NCBI GenBank assembly: GCA_046563655.1
Contig: CM102289.1
Span: 682,001 to 746,000, forward strand
Source: Yuukianura sp. NJ FZ-2021
Taxonomy: Eukaryota
Direction of reading: 5' to 3'
Length of the DNA stretch: 64,000 nucleotides
In this document: piece after piece, positions 38,412 through 51,065 of the stretch
How positions within the stretch are numbered: position 1 is the stretch's first letter
Layout of the letters: every line of letters begins with the position of its first letter
Position numbers and translations under genes: made by a program
The notes under the pieces: generated by a model
Seen by the model: only the letters and a program-made list of their open reading frames with translations
The model's database searches: none
Told to the model about the DNA's origin: nothing

Positions 38412-41400
38412 CACATTAACTGCACAGGATGTAAACAAATGCATCCTGGGGCAAAATACCTTAGTATTTGAAAATTCAAAATTTTCAAAAATTCAAACAA
38501 ATTATACTACTAGCGACACCTACGCTAGTAAAGTAAAACAAAATTTAAATAAAAACAATCTTACGGATTCAATTCCGGAAACTTCTGTTGAAGGAACAAC
38601 AGTACAAGTACCTTTCCGAAAATGGAGGTACGGCCCAAAGGTCTTTACCGAACTCACGTTCGGTAACCAAACATACAAAATACAAGTCGATGAAGGAGCA
38701 AACTTCAGCAGCATCGGCTTGGACTTTTTAAATGAACTCAAGGATTTTGTTCATAAGAGGTACCAGATTTGCCCAGTGTTGGTCAACACAGCCAACAGTG
38801 AAACACAAATTGATGAAATGGTTGAACTGAAGTTCACCTACAACAATGTTCTCACTGTATGGGGCTTTCACCTAATGAAAGGACTGAAGCCCAAAATGCT
38901 GTTAGGAACCGATTGGACAACTAGAAACCTCAACAAAAAGGAAATTCCAACAATTAATGAAAATGTACCTCTGAATTTGCCAAAGGCTGAGGAAAATGCA
39001 CCTCGGTTAAACAAATTCAAGTTAACAAAAACAATTAGGCTTCAACCAAAAATGAATTCGAGAATTACGGTGGAGTCTGATCGAATTATTTCAGGTTCAA
39101 TAATACTGAATCCAAACAAGAAACTCAATGAGACATATGCCTTACTCCAACCATATGTGTACTCGACAGTCAGAGACTGCTGTGCAGATATATGGCTCAC
39201 AAATCTGAACAATTTTCCTGTGACCTTATCAAAAGGCACAACAATTTGTTACGGTGAAGAATGTCCTCCTAACAAAAATTTGTATTACCTTACGGAAGAT
39301 GGCGAGACCGTCGAATCCGAGGAATGCATGATTGGAAATTTTAACCCAAAATTAGGAGATAACCTAACAAATGAGGAAAAATCTGAGATTACAAAAATAA
39401 TTAATCAATATCCAATGCTCTTTGCTGAGGATGAAACGGATTTAGGAAAAACTAGCCTTGTACGTCACAAAATTGACACTGGCGACAGTTTACCAATTCG
39501 TAGTCATCCGTACCGGGTCTCATACCCCCAAAGAAGCAAAATGGAACATTGTACTTGTGTACTTGGATGATCTTGTTATTTGGGGTAGAACCTTTGACGA
39601 GCATAAATACAGGCTGGTTACGGTTCTCAACCGACTTAAAGAAGCCGGATTAACCCTGAAAATTAGTAAATGCATCTTTGGGACAAGCAAATTAAATTAT
39701 TTGGGTCATATTATTTCTGAAGAGGGAATTCAGGTTGACCCCAACAAGACAAATGCAATCGAAAACTTCCCAATTCCGAAAAATCAAACGGATGTAAAGT
39801 CATTTTTAGGAATGTGTGGCTACTACCGAAGATTTATTCAAAATTTCGGAAAAATAGCAATACCTCTCAACACACTTCTTAGGAAAAATCAAACATTTCA
39901 ATGGGGAGAAAAACAAAATTTGGCATTTCAAACACTGAAAAGTCATTTGGTCAATAGCCCAATACTGGCTTACCCTATGGACAATGTACCCACAGAAGTA
40001 CACTGTGATAGTAGTGGGTATGGGGTTGGAGCAACCCTGGTTCAAATTCAAAATGGCAAACCCTGCGTTATTTGTTATGCAAGTCGAACTATGAACGACG
40101 CAGAACGCAACTACTCGGCTTCTGAACAGGAATGTCTGGCTGTTGTCTATGCAGTTAAGAAATTTAGACCTTACATTTACGGTACTAAATACACTGTGTA
40201 CACAGACCATAGCGCCCTCAGGTGGTTGTTTTCTGTAAAAGATGTAAACAGTCGTTTAGCTCGATGGTCGATAACCTTGCAGAACCAAGATATGACCATC
40301 GTCCATAGACCGGGGAGGACTGCCAATGACGTTGACCCATTGTCAAGGTACCCAGTTGACCCACCAGAGAGTATGGACAGTTCAGAAGTCCTTGTTCTGG
40401 ATGGAGTACCAGATTTATTTTCGAAAAAGGAATTAAAAGTGAAGCAAAGATCCGATAATTTCCTAAGATCAATTATTTTGTACATTGAATCTGAGGAGAA
40501 AGGGGAAAGTAACATCCCAAGACCAAATGTAAAACAATTGGATCAATACAGTCTCCAAGAAGGAATTTTATTATTTCCAAATTTTGCACCTTCTGGACAC
40601 CAATGGAAAATTGTACTTCCAAAATGTTTACGAAAAATCGTATTCGATTCCCTACATGCCGGAGACCTAGCTGGTCACTCGGGCATTACTAAAACTTGGG
40701 ATTTACTCAGAAGTCGTTTCTATTGGGTAGGAATGTACAGGGATACGAGAAAATACATTCTCGGTTGCCCCACTTGCCAAAAATTTCGAAAGCGAGTTGG
40801 CCCTGAATATGGTCTAATGCAAAGTTTTGACGATGTCACTCGTCCATTTGAACGCGTGGGAATTGATTTTGTTGGCCCCATAGTGACATCTAACGCTGGA
40901 AACAAGTACGCCATTGTTTTCATAGACCATTTCACTCGATACGTCGAAACACTCGCCATTCCTGCAGCTACGGCAGAGGAAGCAGTCAAGGCAATTAAAT
41001 CAAAAATCATTTTTAAGCATTCCTTGCCGAAAGAATTTGTAACTGACAGAGGACGACAATTCATTTCAAACTTAGTCAAAGCGTCTGCGCAGGAATTCAG
41101 CTTTAAACTGAAATTTACAGCGCCATATCACCCACAAGCCAATGGCATGACAGAACGCTGCAACAAAACGATCAAAAAGTCAATTGCCAAAACCGTTGAC
41201 GAAAATCAGAAAAACTGGGATTTATGTTTGGACCGAGTAACTTTCAGTTACAACATCCAAAAGCATTGTTCTACTGAATTTTCACCATTTTACTTGGTAT
41301 TTGGCAGAGAAGCTGTTTTACCAATTGATTTAGCACTGCCAAATTTCGATTCGGACCAAGAAATTGACTTGGAGAGATTACATGAAGCTAGACATGAATC

Positions 41401-42280
41401 TCAACTGAATTCTAGGAAAAATCAGGAAAAATCCAAAGCTAGAGTCGATAAAAATCGAATTAAGAAAACTTTTAAGAAGGGCGAATTAGTTTTAAGATCA
41501 AAGCCAATTATCAAGAAAGGGCTTACAAAAGCTTTTATTGCTCAAAAAGATGGTCCATACAAAATTTTAAGACAAACGAGTGATGTTAATTTCGAAATTC
41601 AGAAATTAAATTCTCGTTCTAAAAAGTTAATTGTACATGTCAGAGACATTGAGCATTTTAACTCTGAATTTGTGCCCAGCTCTGATAGTGAGAGTGAAAG
41701 TGAAAGTGAAAGTAGCTTCACTGATCACTCGAAACAGAATCATCCATCAAAAAGCCAAGGACGCTACGTGCGACTCAGAGGGAAAGAGAGAAACTGCGCG
41801 AAATCGGCTAAGTCCGCCGATTCGTCTCCCCCGAAGAAGTCAACTGATGTAAACAAACAAAATAGTCAAATTTCCTGCAGAGACACAAACTCGTCTGTTG
41901 GTAGTCAAATTAGGTCACATTCAAACAAGAAAAGTTCAAGTCACGACTTTAGTTCCAGTTATCGGTCATTGTCCGGACATTCTGGACATTCAAAGTCACG
42001 TAGGAGCACTCCTCGTGCAAAAACACAAAGTGACAGTGACAGTGCCGATGACCCCAAGGCTATAAAAGAGCCTGAGGATGACGAAGCAGTTGTCACTCCA
42101 GTTTCATCTTCATCATCTGAAGAAGAAGACCCGTCTCTTCTTGCTCCTGCCAAGCCAAAGGTCAACGACACAGCCACTCCAAGGAGAACTGGACGTACAA
42201 GGAAACCACCAGACCGTTATGGAGAGTGGATCTACTACAATGGACGTAGACGCAGAAGACCATCATCTTCGTCAAATTGA
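38365..42280 (+). pseudogene. pol: Pol (PR, truncated RT, RNase H, integrase, Ser-rich tail) with internal deletion and frameshift near 39535
   Basis: PR IQVDEGA; PIRSHPYR joins almost directly to VYLDD in another frame; RH HCDSSGYGVGA, TDHSAL; IN HHCC, GIDFVGP, TDRG, GMTER; tail RKPPDRYG. Confidence 0.92.
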
Positions 42281-42882
42281 CGAAGAAGTCTCACGTAAGG
42301 CGACTTTTGACCTTTACAGGTCATTTAAGTTCACGTCCGCACTCTCCATTCCATTCCCCAACTTCTATTTTTATTGTTCATTTCATCTCTAATATATTTT
42401 TCTTTTATTTTTCAGGTCAATTGAGGGAACTCCAGATGACACAGAGTGCCCCTTCTCCAGCCATCTCCACTTCATCTTCAACTTCCGGAACCCCCACGGT
42501 ACCATTATTGATCAATGTCAATCCGCCCGATGGGAGAACGGACTTTACGAAATGGAGAATTCCAAAGAAGACTACGCCAAAGCCAACTCCGGATCCTCGA
42601 CCAATTACCATCCGCCGACATGATAGACGACAACACAACTTCCCCAGGATGAGTACTTCATTGCCGCCTCAAACCGCCCAAGGTCAACCGAGGTCATCAG
42701 GACGCCCAATCATCGTCCTTTCCGATCCCCGTGACCTGCGAGCCACCCTAAGGTCAATGGCCCCGGAGAATCCTCCTCGTCATCGCCCAAAACCCTGCTT
42801 CATTTGCAGTCAAGTCGGCCACAAACGTAAGAACTGTCCGCTACTTCCAGTTTCTCGAAACTCAGGAGATTTTCCTAACTAA
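42219..42882 (+). CDS. Predicted spliced third ORF of the retrotransposon (~180 aa; exons 42219-42294 and 42416-42882), Pro/Ser/Arg-rich with C-terminal CCHC knuckle
   Basis: Donor C|GTAAGG at 42295 and strong polypyrimidine acceptor TTTTCAG| at 42415 are both phase 1, giving ...QIDEEVSRQLRELQM...; CFICSQVGHKRKNC; the stop lies just before the PPT. Confidence 0.7.
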
Positions 42883-42893
42883 CGGTAGGGAAA

Positions 42894-43276
42894 TGTTGTG
42901 AAGTAAACTCATTCTCCAGATTATGTTAATAATCTTTTGTTCTTTCTGCAAACTATCTGTTTTGCACATATAATCCAGTTAGAACTAGTTCTCTAAGTTA
43001 AAAATAGATTTTTAACTGTTAGTCTTTTGTTCTGTTCAAATGTAAGCTACATTTCAATTTACATCCAAGCATTACGGCACGTGTCAGAGGCCTATAAAAA
43101 GGCTCGGCCGTGACCTCCAGACTTCACTTCTAATCCCAAACTAAAACTTACCAGAACTCTGTCCGTTCTGCGAACGGACCAGAGGTCAACAACCTAACTT
43201 TCTGAAAATAAAGTTACACTACTCTACTCTGCAATTTGCGAGTCTCAGCTAGCAGTAAACGATCATTTTCAGAACA
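42894..43276 (+). repeat. 3' LTR (383 bp)
   Basis: Matches the 5' LTR except a few differences near the U5 end. Confidence 0.97.
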
Positions 43277-46200
43277 CAATATTCGAATTCCCAAATCATA
43301 AATCTCCAATTTGTTTAAATCGATCCGCCTCGAGCTGCAGTGGCGGGAAAAGTGCTTGGGCGCGCGGGAGATTCAAATTGTTTTGCCTCTACTTGGAAGA
43401 AGGAAGAGAAGTTTCCAGGTCATAAACAATGGAATTGATCTTTTAGGAGAATCTTTATGGGAGGCTACAATTCACAAATCCAAAACAACCTTATGTCGCA
43501 TACTTCCACTTTTTCAAAAAAAAAGAGACACTGAAAAAGGAAGATAGTTTTTCGGAAAAGATGATTTTTATGAGATTTGAACTTACGTTTTACTTCCATT
43601 TCAAGTTTGAGGATCAAGATCTCAAAAAATGGGTTTTAAATGTCCGATTTTTTCTGCGAAAAAGAAACTTTATGAAGATGAAATTTGAAAAAAGTATGGC
43701 TTCGGTCATACTTTTTCCGTATTCGAGATGATGACACTTTTCGATTTATTTGAAAAGGGAGAAGATGAAAAAGATTTTTTTTTTACTTTGAAGTTGAGAA
43801 TGGCTGGAAAGTGCTTCATTTTTTTTTTGAATCTGTGGAACGTACGGTTGACTTCCGCTTTTCCCGCCACCTTCGTTCGTCTTCATTTGAATCTTCCCGG
43901 GAAAAGTCCTTTTTGGCACGAAACTCAAAACTCATTTTCTCCTTTGGCTTCATTTCCGTTTTCGTGGTAGTTGGAACCTAAATGCGGTTGGACCAAAATC
44001 CAAGAAACCACTTTACTATTTCTGAATCACGCTTTCTTCAGAAATTTCCAACAAAACGAAAATTTTGGATAATCGCACTCGAGTTTCAAAAAAAAATTCA
44101 AAAAGAGCCCGGGTTTTCCCACGAATCAGGCCAAATCCCTCCCGTTTTTCGATTTTCTCCAAAAGTTGCAAAAATTCCAAATTTTCCTTTAAAAAATTGT
44201 TCTCTCAAAAACTCTTATGCTAAAAACGTTTCTAGGAGGGTAAACCTCAAGGGTGAAATTTTGAAAACGTAAATTATGTTGAGCTGCAAATTTTTAAATT
44301 TGAAAACTTTTTGAAACTGCGCATGAGCATATAATCTTTTGTTTCAAAGCTTCCGCCGCTCCCAATTTGGGAATCAATTAATAAAAGTTTCGGAGAACAA
44401 CAGACGCAGAATCTTGCTGAGCTCACCTTTCATTTTTCTTGATTAAAAGAGCCTGTTGTTTTTCCCGCTCTTTTTGCGCTCTCTCGCTCCTAAACATTGT
44501 ATCCAACGTACGAAAGTGTAGCAGTAGTTACTCCCTCCAGAACTTTCTCCTGCACTTATTCATTAAAATCTAATTGATCTCGTCTTTCATCATCCTTTAC
44601 ACACAACAAAGGACTCGATTTCCAATTATGGCTACATGGGATTACTCTGCTGGAGATCCACTCTTTTTCCGTTTTTCAAAATCTCCCGCTCTTCCATCTC
44701 TCGATCATCGATCTCTCCGCTCCCGCATTTCAAAAGCTCTCGAGGAGCTCAAATTCCACTTGTATCTCTCCTCAGCATCTGTCGACCTCTTCAAATCAAC
44801 AACGGATTGGTCCAATTTGACGTTCCCAGTTCAAATTAATCTCCCGATAGACACAAATGTTCAGGGAATTTCAAAATCTCAAATTTCAAAACTAAATATT
44901 CCGCTGAAAACTGAATTTTCAGTGAAATACATTTTCGAAACTTTAGTTTCGATTTTGTAGTAAATTCTAACAGAGTTGGGGCGAAGGGAGATTTTTTTCG
45001 GTGAAATGAGGCAGAAGTGAGATTTTTGCTACGAATTGGGGCCAAGTGAAATTTTTTTTTTGCAGGGGGAGACAAATAGGCAGAATTGCGGAAAATTTGT
45101 AAAGTTGTCAGTTTGATTTAGAGCGAGATTCTTGTGGCTAACCGCGTCACTTCAAGCGTACTATGCAGTCACTGCCTTCGTGGAATGTCGAAAGTGACCA
45201 CACTATGCTAAATGGACACCAGACAGCAGGGGTTGACTAAACCACTGAATCAGCAGATATTTGTGAATAAGGAGCGGGGATATTGGATGATACAATGTAT
45301 AAATTTGAATCCAATATTTGGATTCAGTGGTTTTCAATGAAGAGGAGCGTCGTGAAACGTGTGGATTTGTGCTGAGTCAGGATTGGAGCTAAAAAGAGCC
45401 CTGTACATGGAGAGTGACTGACTGGAAGTGGGGAGACCATTAGTCACTGTCCAAGTGGGAAGTGATGACATGAAGAAATGACCCAGAGGTCTGTCACGAT
45501 GTCACTCATGGTCAACCTAAGTCTCCAAGGGCCCCCTCCCACGAAAGGAAGTGGGGCCTTGATCTGGTGGTTCCGAGGATGAGGCAGACGTTGATGAAGC
45601 TGAGTACAATACAATTAATCCTCTCCACACAACATCAATCTAAGCTACTGGATCAGAGTCACAGCTGGCAAAGGATGCTGCGCAGTAGCATCAAGTTGAT
45701 GTATGTCGTCACAATGGCCCATGTTCTGTCACATACAAAATACAGTCACATACACTAACACGTCATTTATCTACTGACTTTATAGTCATTATGCAACATT
45801 CCAGTATTTAACATATCAGTATAGCATCCTATTTGACATGCCAAGAATGCCATGTATCACATACTTGCATATCGTAATATTCAGTATCTCCATACTGAAT
45901 CAAGTAATATTCGGTAGCCTCGTATAGACAGACCTGCCAAAAATATTTATTAAAAACCGGCAAAATATTGCCACATATTGCTATTGTCATATTCGATGAG
46001 CCCATTATATATCAAGTGTATATTTTGAATATTCCACTATTCCCTAATATGTGTAAGTGACATATCTCAATATCGCATATTTTGTGTCATTCCAATATGC
46101 CCATTTTTGTGCCTACATTCATCCAACGTTGAATATGCCAATGACGGTATGTGATTTGTCACATAATTATAGGAATGTTGTGTCACATACTTTTGAGGAA

Positions 46201-48569
46201 ACATTTGTGCATGTGTGAACTTTAAGTTGATTATAATTTAAATGACATCAAAAGACTAAATGAAATGAACCGTTTAAGGAAATTTGAAATTGGATCCAAA
46301 CCAGAACTCGTGTTGAGGTGAAATTCTTTTTGTCACTTTTTGTTCTGGTCATAAAAGCTCATGTCCACTTAAGCTCCGCTTAGTCACTGGGATTTGGCAC
46401 TAAAAACCGGATTTGAAATGGAGATCGTTGACTCTTCACTTGTACCTGTTTGACAATGACATTTCCTAAAGACTACGCATGCGTCAAGGTGTCACACTCT
46501 CTTAGTTTAAGGCATAACACTTTACCCAAGTATTTGTCATTTTACTCCCAAGTACTTTTCAACTGATCACAATCACCCAGGCAGAACAGAAACAGGATCT
46601 ACCAGTGTCCAGAGTTCTTGTTCCTCCAAAGGCAGTTTTTGGTAAAGCTTAATTTCAAAAAAAAGTTGATGCGTTATGTTTTTCATTCATTTGTGACTGT
46701 TTTTTTAAAAGTTTTGTACTTTTGTACCACGGTGTACACCTTGACGCCATGTCACACGCTGTGATACAAATGGACACTCCGCATTGTTCTTTTTTATTCT
46801 TCTCTTATGCATTTACACCGTTTTAATTTGAAGTAAAATCTATAGGGGGGCTTTTTCAAAATTTCAAAAAAGAAAAGTCATTTCAAAACCCAGCTTTTTC
46901 CAAATCCGGACTTCCGCTTATGATAATTGAATTCACATTGGATTAACAACGATTGAAAAAAATGGGTTGTCTAAAAACGTAGTTTTTAAAAAAATATAGT
47001 TTTTGAAATTATCAAAAAATGAAAATAAATTCTTAACGAATTTGTGCTTGTAATGTTATGTTTTTTGGAGAACTTTTTAAAAAGATTTGGAAAGTTTGAG
47101 CTGGTTTTAGCATACAAATTGGACACGGAGCTTCCTTTCCAGGAGATAACTTTTGGCACGGTGTTTGGCTTGGTGCTCGTTAGCTTTTTTTGAGTTTATT
47201 TTTTCAAAAAGTGTTTTTTGAAACCGAAAGACAAAAGAAGCAGTGGGCTAATGGTTACGAATATTTAGAGAAGATGGAGCTCATTAGACTGAAGGGATTA
47301 ATCGAATATCGTTAGTTGTGCTGCTCTGCTCCTCATTAATTCTGAAAAGCTCCAGAGAAAGTTTCCTAACAAAAAAAATTTCTTGAACTCACTATGAGTT
47401 TTCAAAAAAAAAGCCTGAGAAACAAAAAATATTTTTGTTTTTTGCCAGAAACCGAGAAAGTAATAAGCAGGAATTGGAGAAAAACTGGCAGGAATAGTTT
47501 TGTGAGAGAAAAGCTCAATTTTCGCTCTACTTTCTTCTCTTCCATTCCAAATGTACCGCATGGTCCATAATTCTCAAACAGAAGATCCTGAAACCATAAA
47601 CCCATTTGTTTTATACCTCTTTCAAGATACTGGGGAAATGTCTATGTACATTGAAGTTGTACATGTCTATACTCTCCCAAAGTTCAAACTATCGTTTTTC
47701 CTGTGTTCCACAATAAAATATTGCCGGAAAAAGTGGACCAAGCTGTACATTGTTGTTGGAGTTGTGGAAATGGCAAAAGTTGAGCCTCTTCTGATCTTCA
47801 TCTTGGTTGTGCCTGTGCCTCTTAAGGTCTCTCGGGTCCAATTTCCAAAGGACAATTTTCCAAAAGCTCCTTTGCCCTACTTTCTCCCGCTTCTTTTTTT
47901 TGAAAATCCCGGTTCTGCCAAAATTTCAGTTCAAATTTTCCATCTCCCGATAATGAGAGAATGTGATTATATTACCACAAAAGCGTTTTTGAAAAACATT
48001 TGTCTGAAATTTGAAAATGAGGACTACTATAAAGGTAGAAAAGTCATTGAAATTGAACTATAAAGTACACATTTAAAATTGCACAAAAGGAAAGTGACAT
48101 GGCAGTGAAAGTTTATAACAAGAATTGAAGTTTGTGCGTATGTAGTATGGCTGATTTTGAAATTCCGGAGAAAGCGCGGGAGTTTGAAACTGGAATTAAT
48201 TAGTGTCAAAACGGCCACCGAAGCTGACACAGATGGGAACAAATAATTAATTGGCATCACACACAATTCTATCATGTTCCATCACTTCCTTCGCTCTTTG
48301 TTATGCTAAATCCATTTGTTTTCATAAACAAAACCAAAAACATGCGGTAACTGTCGTTTTTGCATAAAATGTGGGTACACCTAGCCATAACCTATGCAAA
48401 TATCAGAAACAATACAAATGTTACAAAGTATTACAAATATTACACAATATTCCACAAATATCAAAGGAATCACATACCACCGGTACTATGGAGGGATATT
48501 AGTAGCAAAACTAATTAAACTTTCCCCCGTCAATTAAAGTTTCCCCAATTAAAAAAGTTAATTTTCGCC

Positions 48570-48950
48570 AATTTATTAATTGGCGTAAACTTAATTGGCG
48601 GAAAGTTAATCGGGGAAATTTTAAACGGCGAAAAGTTAATTGGGGGGAATTTAAACGGCGAAAAGTTAATTGGGGAAATTTTAAACGGCGAGAAGTTAAT
48701 TGGGGAAATTTTAAACGGCGAAAAGTTAATTGGGGGGAATTTAAACGGCGAAAAGTTAATTGGGGAAATTTTAAACGGCGAAAAGTTAATTGGGGAAATT
48801 TTAAACGGCGAAAAGTTAATTGGGGGGAATTTAAACGGCGAAAAGTTAATCGGGGAAACTTTAAACGGCGAAAAGTTAATCGGAGAAACTTTAAACGGCG
48901 AGAAGTAAATTGGGGAAACTTTAATCGGCGAAAAGTTTACGTTCCCCCAA
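48570..48950. repeat. 30-bp minisatellite (TTAAACGGCGAAAAGTTAATTGGGGAAATT)n, left arm, ~12 copies
   Basis: Direct reading; made of two related 15-bp half-units. Confidence 0.95.
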
Positions 48951-50591
48951 TAAACTTCATTCGCCAGAAATGCCAGGTGGTGTAATGTTATGGTAGTAAA
49001 AAATGATATAGGGATACGGGCCCGAGTTCGAATCTCGCTAAGGATGTTATTTTTTGTGTTCCAATTAATTTTTAAAATACAACCATCAATTTTTTTATTG
49101 AATGCCATATTAGTAATGATAATAATAATAATAATAATCATCTCTATATATAAAATCGAGACTCTGTTAATCTGTGTCTTTGTCCTGCTACTCCTCCGAA
49201 ACTACTGTACCGATTTGGACAAATGAGGTGTCTTTTTCATCGTGAGGTCACCCCGAAGAGCACTGGTGATGTCGCATATTGACCCGTGACCTTGGACCCT
49301 TGACCTTGCGCGGTGACCTCACAAAATCATACCAAGCACAAGCAAGTGGCATGCTATTCTAAAGCAGAGGTCAAATGGAGTTGATTTGTGTATGACATAT
49401 CGACCTATGACCTTTGACCTTTGACCTAGGGCAGTCACCCCATAAGAAGTATACACAAACATAGGCATGTGATATGTCATTCGAAAGCGGAGATTCAGTG
49501 GAGTAGACCTTGACCTTTGACTTATCGCTACGGCGGCAAAATATATACTTTTAAACATAAAATATTTTAATATTTAAAAAAATATTTGAGCAAAAAAGGA
49601 AATCAAAAATATTTACGAAAATTTTAAATTATAAAAATCCTTCATTTTTTGGCGATTTTTGAAAAAAATCAAGAAATTAGCATGATGTTTTGCCAATTTT
49701 TGAAAAGAGCTTGAAAATTAGATGGCTTATTATGATATCTTGGCAAAAAGTTTCACTCCGAAAAACAGTGACGTTTTTCTTTTGTGCGAATCTTCTTTTG
49801 TAAAGGTTTTCTCTAAAAGAGAGTATGAGATTACACTCTGTCTTCCGAAGTAATTGAGTAAATCGCTAAATTCATGGAAATTTCGGACCTTATTTAACGC
49901 AAATTAAACTTTCTTCGCGATAAATCGTACCCATTTTAGTAAATATTTAGATACATATTTTTTTTAATATTAAAATATTTTATGTTTAAAAGTTATATAT
50001 TTTGCCGCCCTAGCGATAAGTCAAAGGTCAAGGTCTACTCCACTGAATCTCCGCTTTCGAATGACATATCACATGCCTATGTTTGTGTATACTTCTTATG
50101 GGGTGACTGCCCTAGGTCAAAGGTCAAAGGTCATAGGTCGATATGTCATACACAAATCAACTCCATTTGACCTCTGCTTTAGAATAGCATGCCACTTGCT
50201 TGTGTTTGGTATGATTTTGTGAGGTCACCGCGCAAGGTCAAGGGTCCAAGGTCACGGGTCAATATGCGACATCACCAGTGCTGTTCGGGGTGACCTCACG
50301 AAGAAAAAGACACCTCATTTGTCCAAATCGGTACAGTAGTTTCGGAGGAGTAGCAGGACAAAGACACAGATTAACAGAGTCTCGATTTTATATATAGAGA
50401 TGATTATTATTATTATTTTTATCATTACTAGTATGGCATTCAATAAAAAAATTGATGGTTGTATTTTAAAAATTAATTGGAGCACAAAAAAAAAAATAAC
50501 ATCCTTAGCGAGATTCGAACTCGGGCCCGTATCCCTATATCATTTTTTACTACCATAACATTACACCACCTGGCATTTCTGGCGAATGAAG

Positions 50592-51065
50592 TTTATTGGG
50601 GGAACGTAAACTTTTCGCCGATTAAAGTTTCCCCAATTTACTTCTCGCCGTTTAAAGTTTCTCCGATTAACTTTTCGCCGTTTAAAGTTTCCCCGATTAA
50701 CTTTTCGCCGTTTAAATTCCCCCCAATTAACTTTTCGCCGTTTAAAATTTCCCCAATTAACTTTTCGCCGTTTAAAATTTCCCCAATTAACTTTTCGCCG
50801 TTTAAATTCCCCCCAATTAACTTTTCGCCGTTTAAAATTTCCCCAATTAACTTTTCGCCGTTTAAATTCCCCCCAATTAACTTTTCGCCGTTTAAATTCC
50901 CCCCAATTAACTTTTCGCCGTTTAAAATTTCCCCAATTAACTTTTCGCCGTTTAAATTCCCCCCAATTAACTTTTCGCCGTTTAAAATTTCCCCAATTAA
51001 CTTTTCGCCGTTTAAAATTTCCCCGATTAACTTTCCGCCAATTAAGTTTACGCCAATTAATAAAT
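50592..51065. repeat. 30-bp minisatellite, right arm (inverted), ~15 copies
   Basis: Reverse complement of the left array with about three extra units. Confidence 0.95.

Larger units (their letters stand above)
37046..43276 (+). mobile_element. Ty3/Gypsy LTR retrotransposon (6231 bp), recent insertion, RT-deleted
   Basis: Near-identical LTRs TGTTGTG...CAGAACA, 4-bp TSD CAAT (37042-37045, 43277-43280), PBS TGGTGGAC at 37432, PPT GGTAGGGAAA before the 3' LTR, domain order gag-PR-RT-RH-IN. Confidence 0.97.

Noticed and set aside
39806..42638. Antisense ORFs within pol/ORF3
   Set aside because: Shadow frames of the coding strand with no recognisable motifs.
42277..42882. ORF3 as an env gene
   Set aside because: No signal peptide, furin-plus-fusion segment or TM anchor; the hydrophobic stretch in the unspliced ORF is the intron's polypyrimidine tract.
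44574..44960. 128-aa ORF
   Set aside because: No recognisable motif, alternative start codon, no convincing splice partners.
47402..48063. 170-aa ORF and overlapping minus-strand ORFs
   Set aside because: Composition is slightly coding-like, but the minus-strand frames have stops and no frame shows an identifiable domain; at most a decayed fragment.
48570..51065. Possible CRISPR array
   Set aside because: Units are head-to-tail with no unique spacers, the context is eukaryotic, and there are no cas genes.
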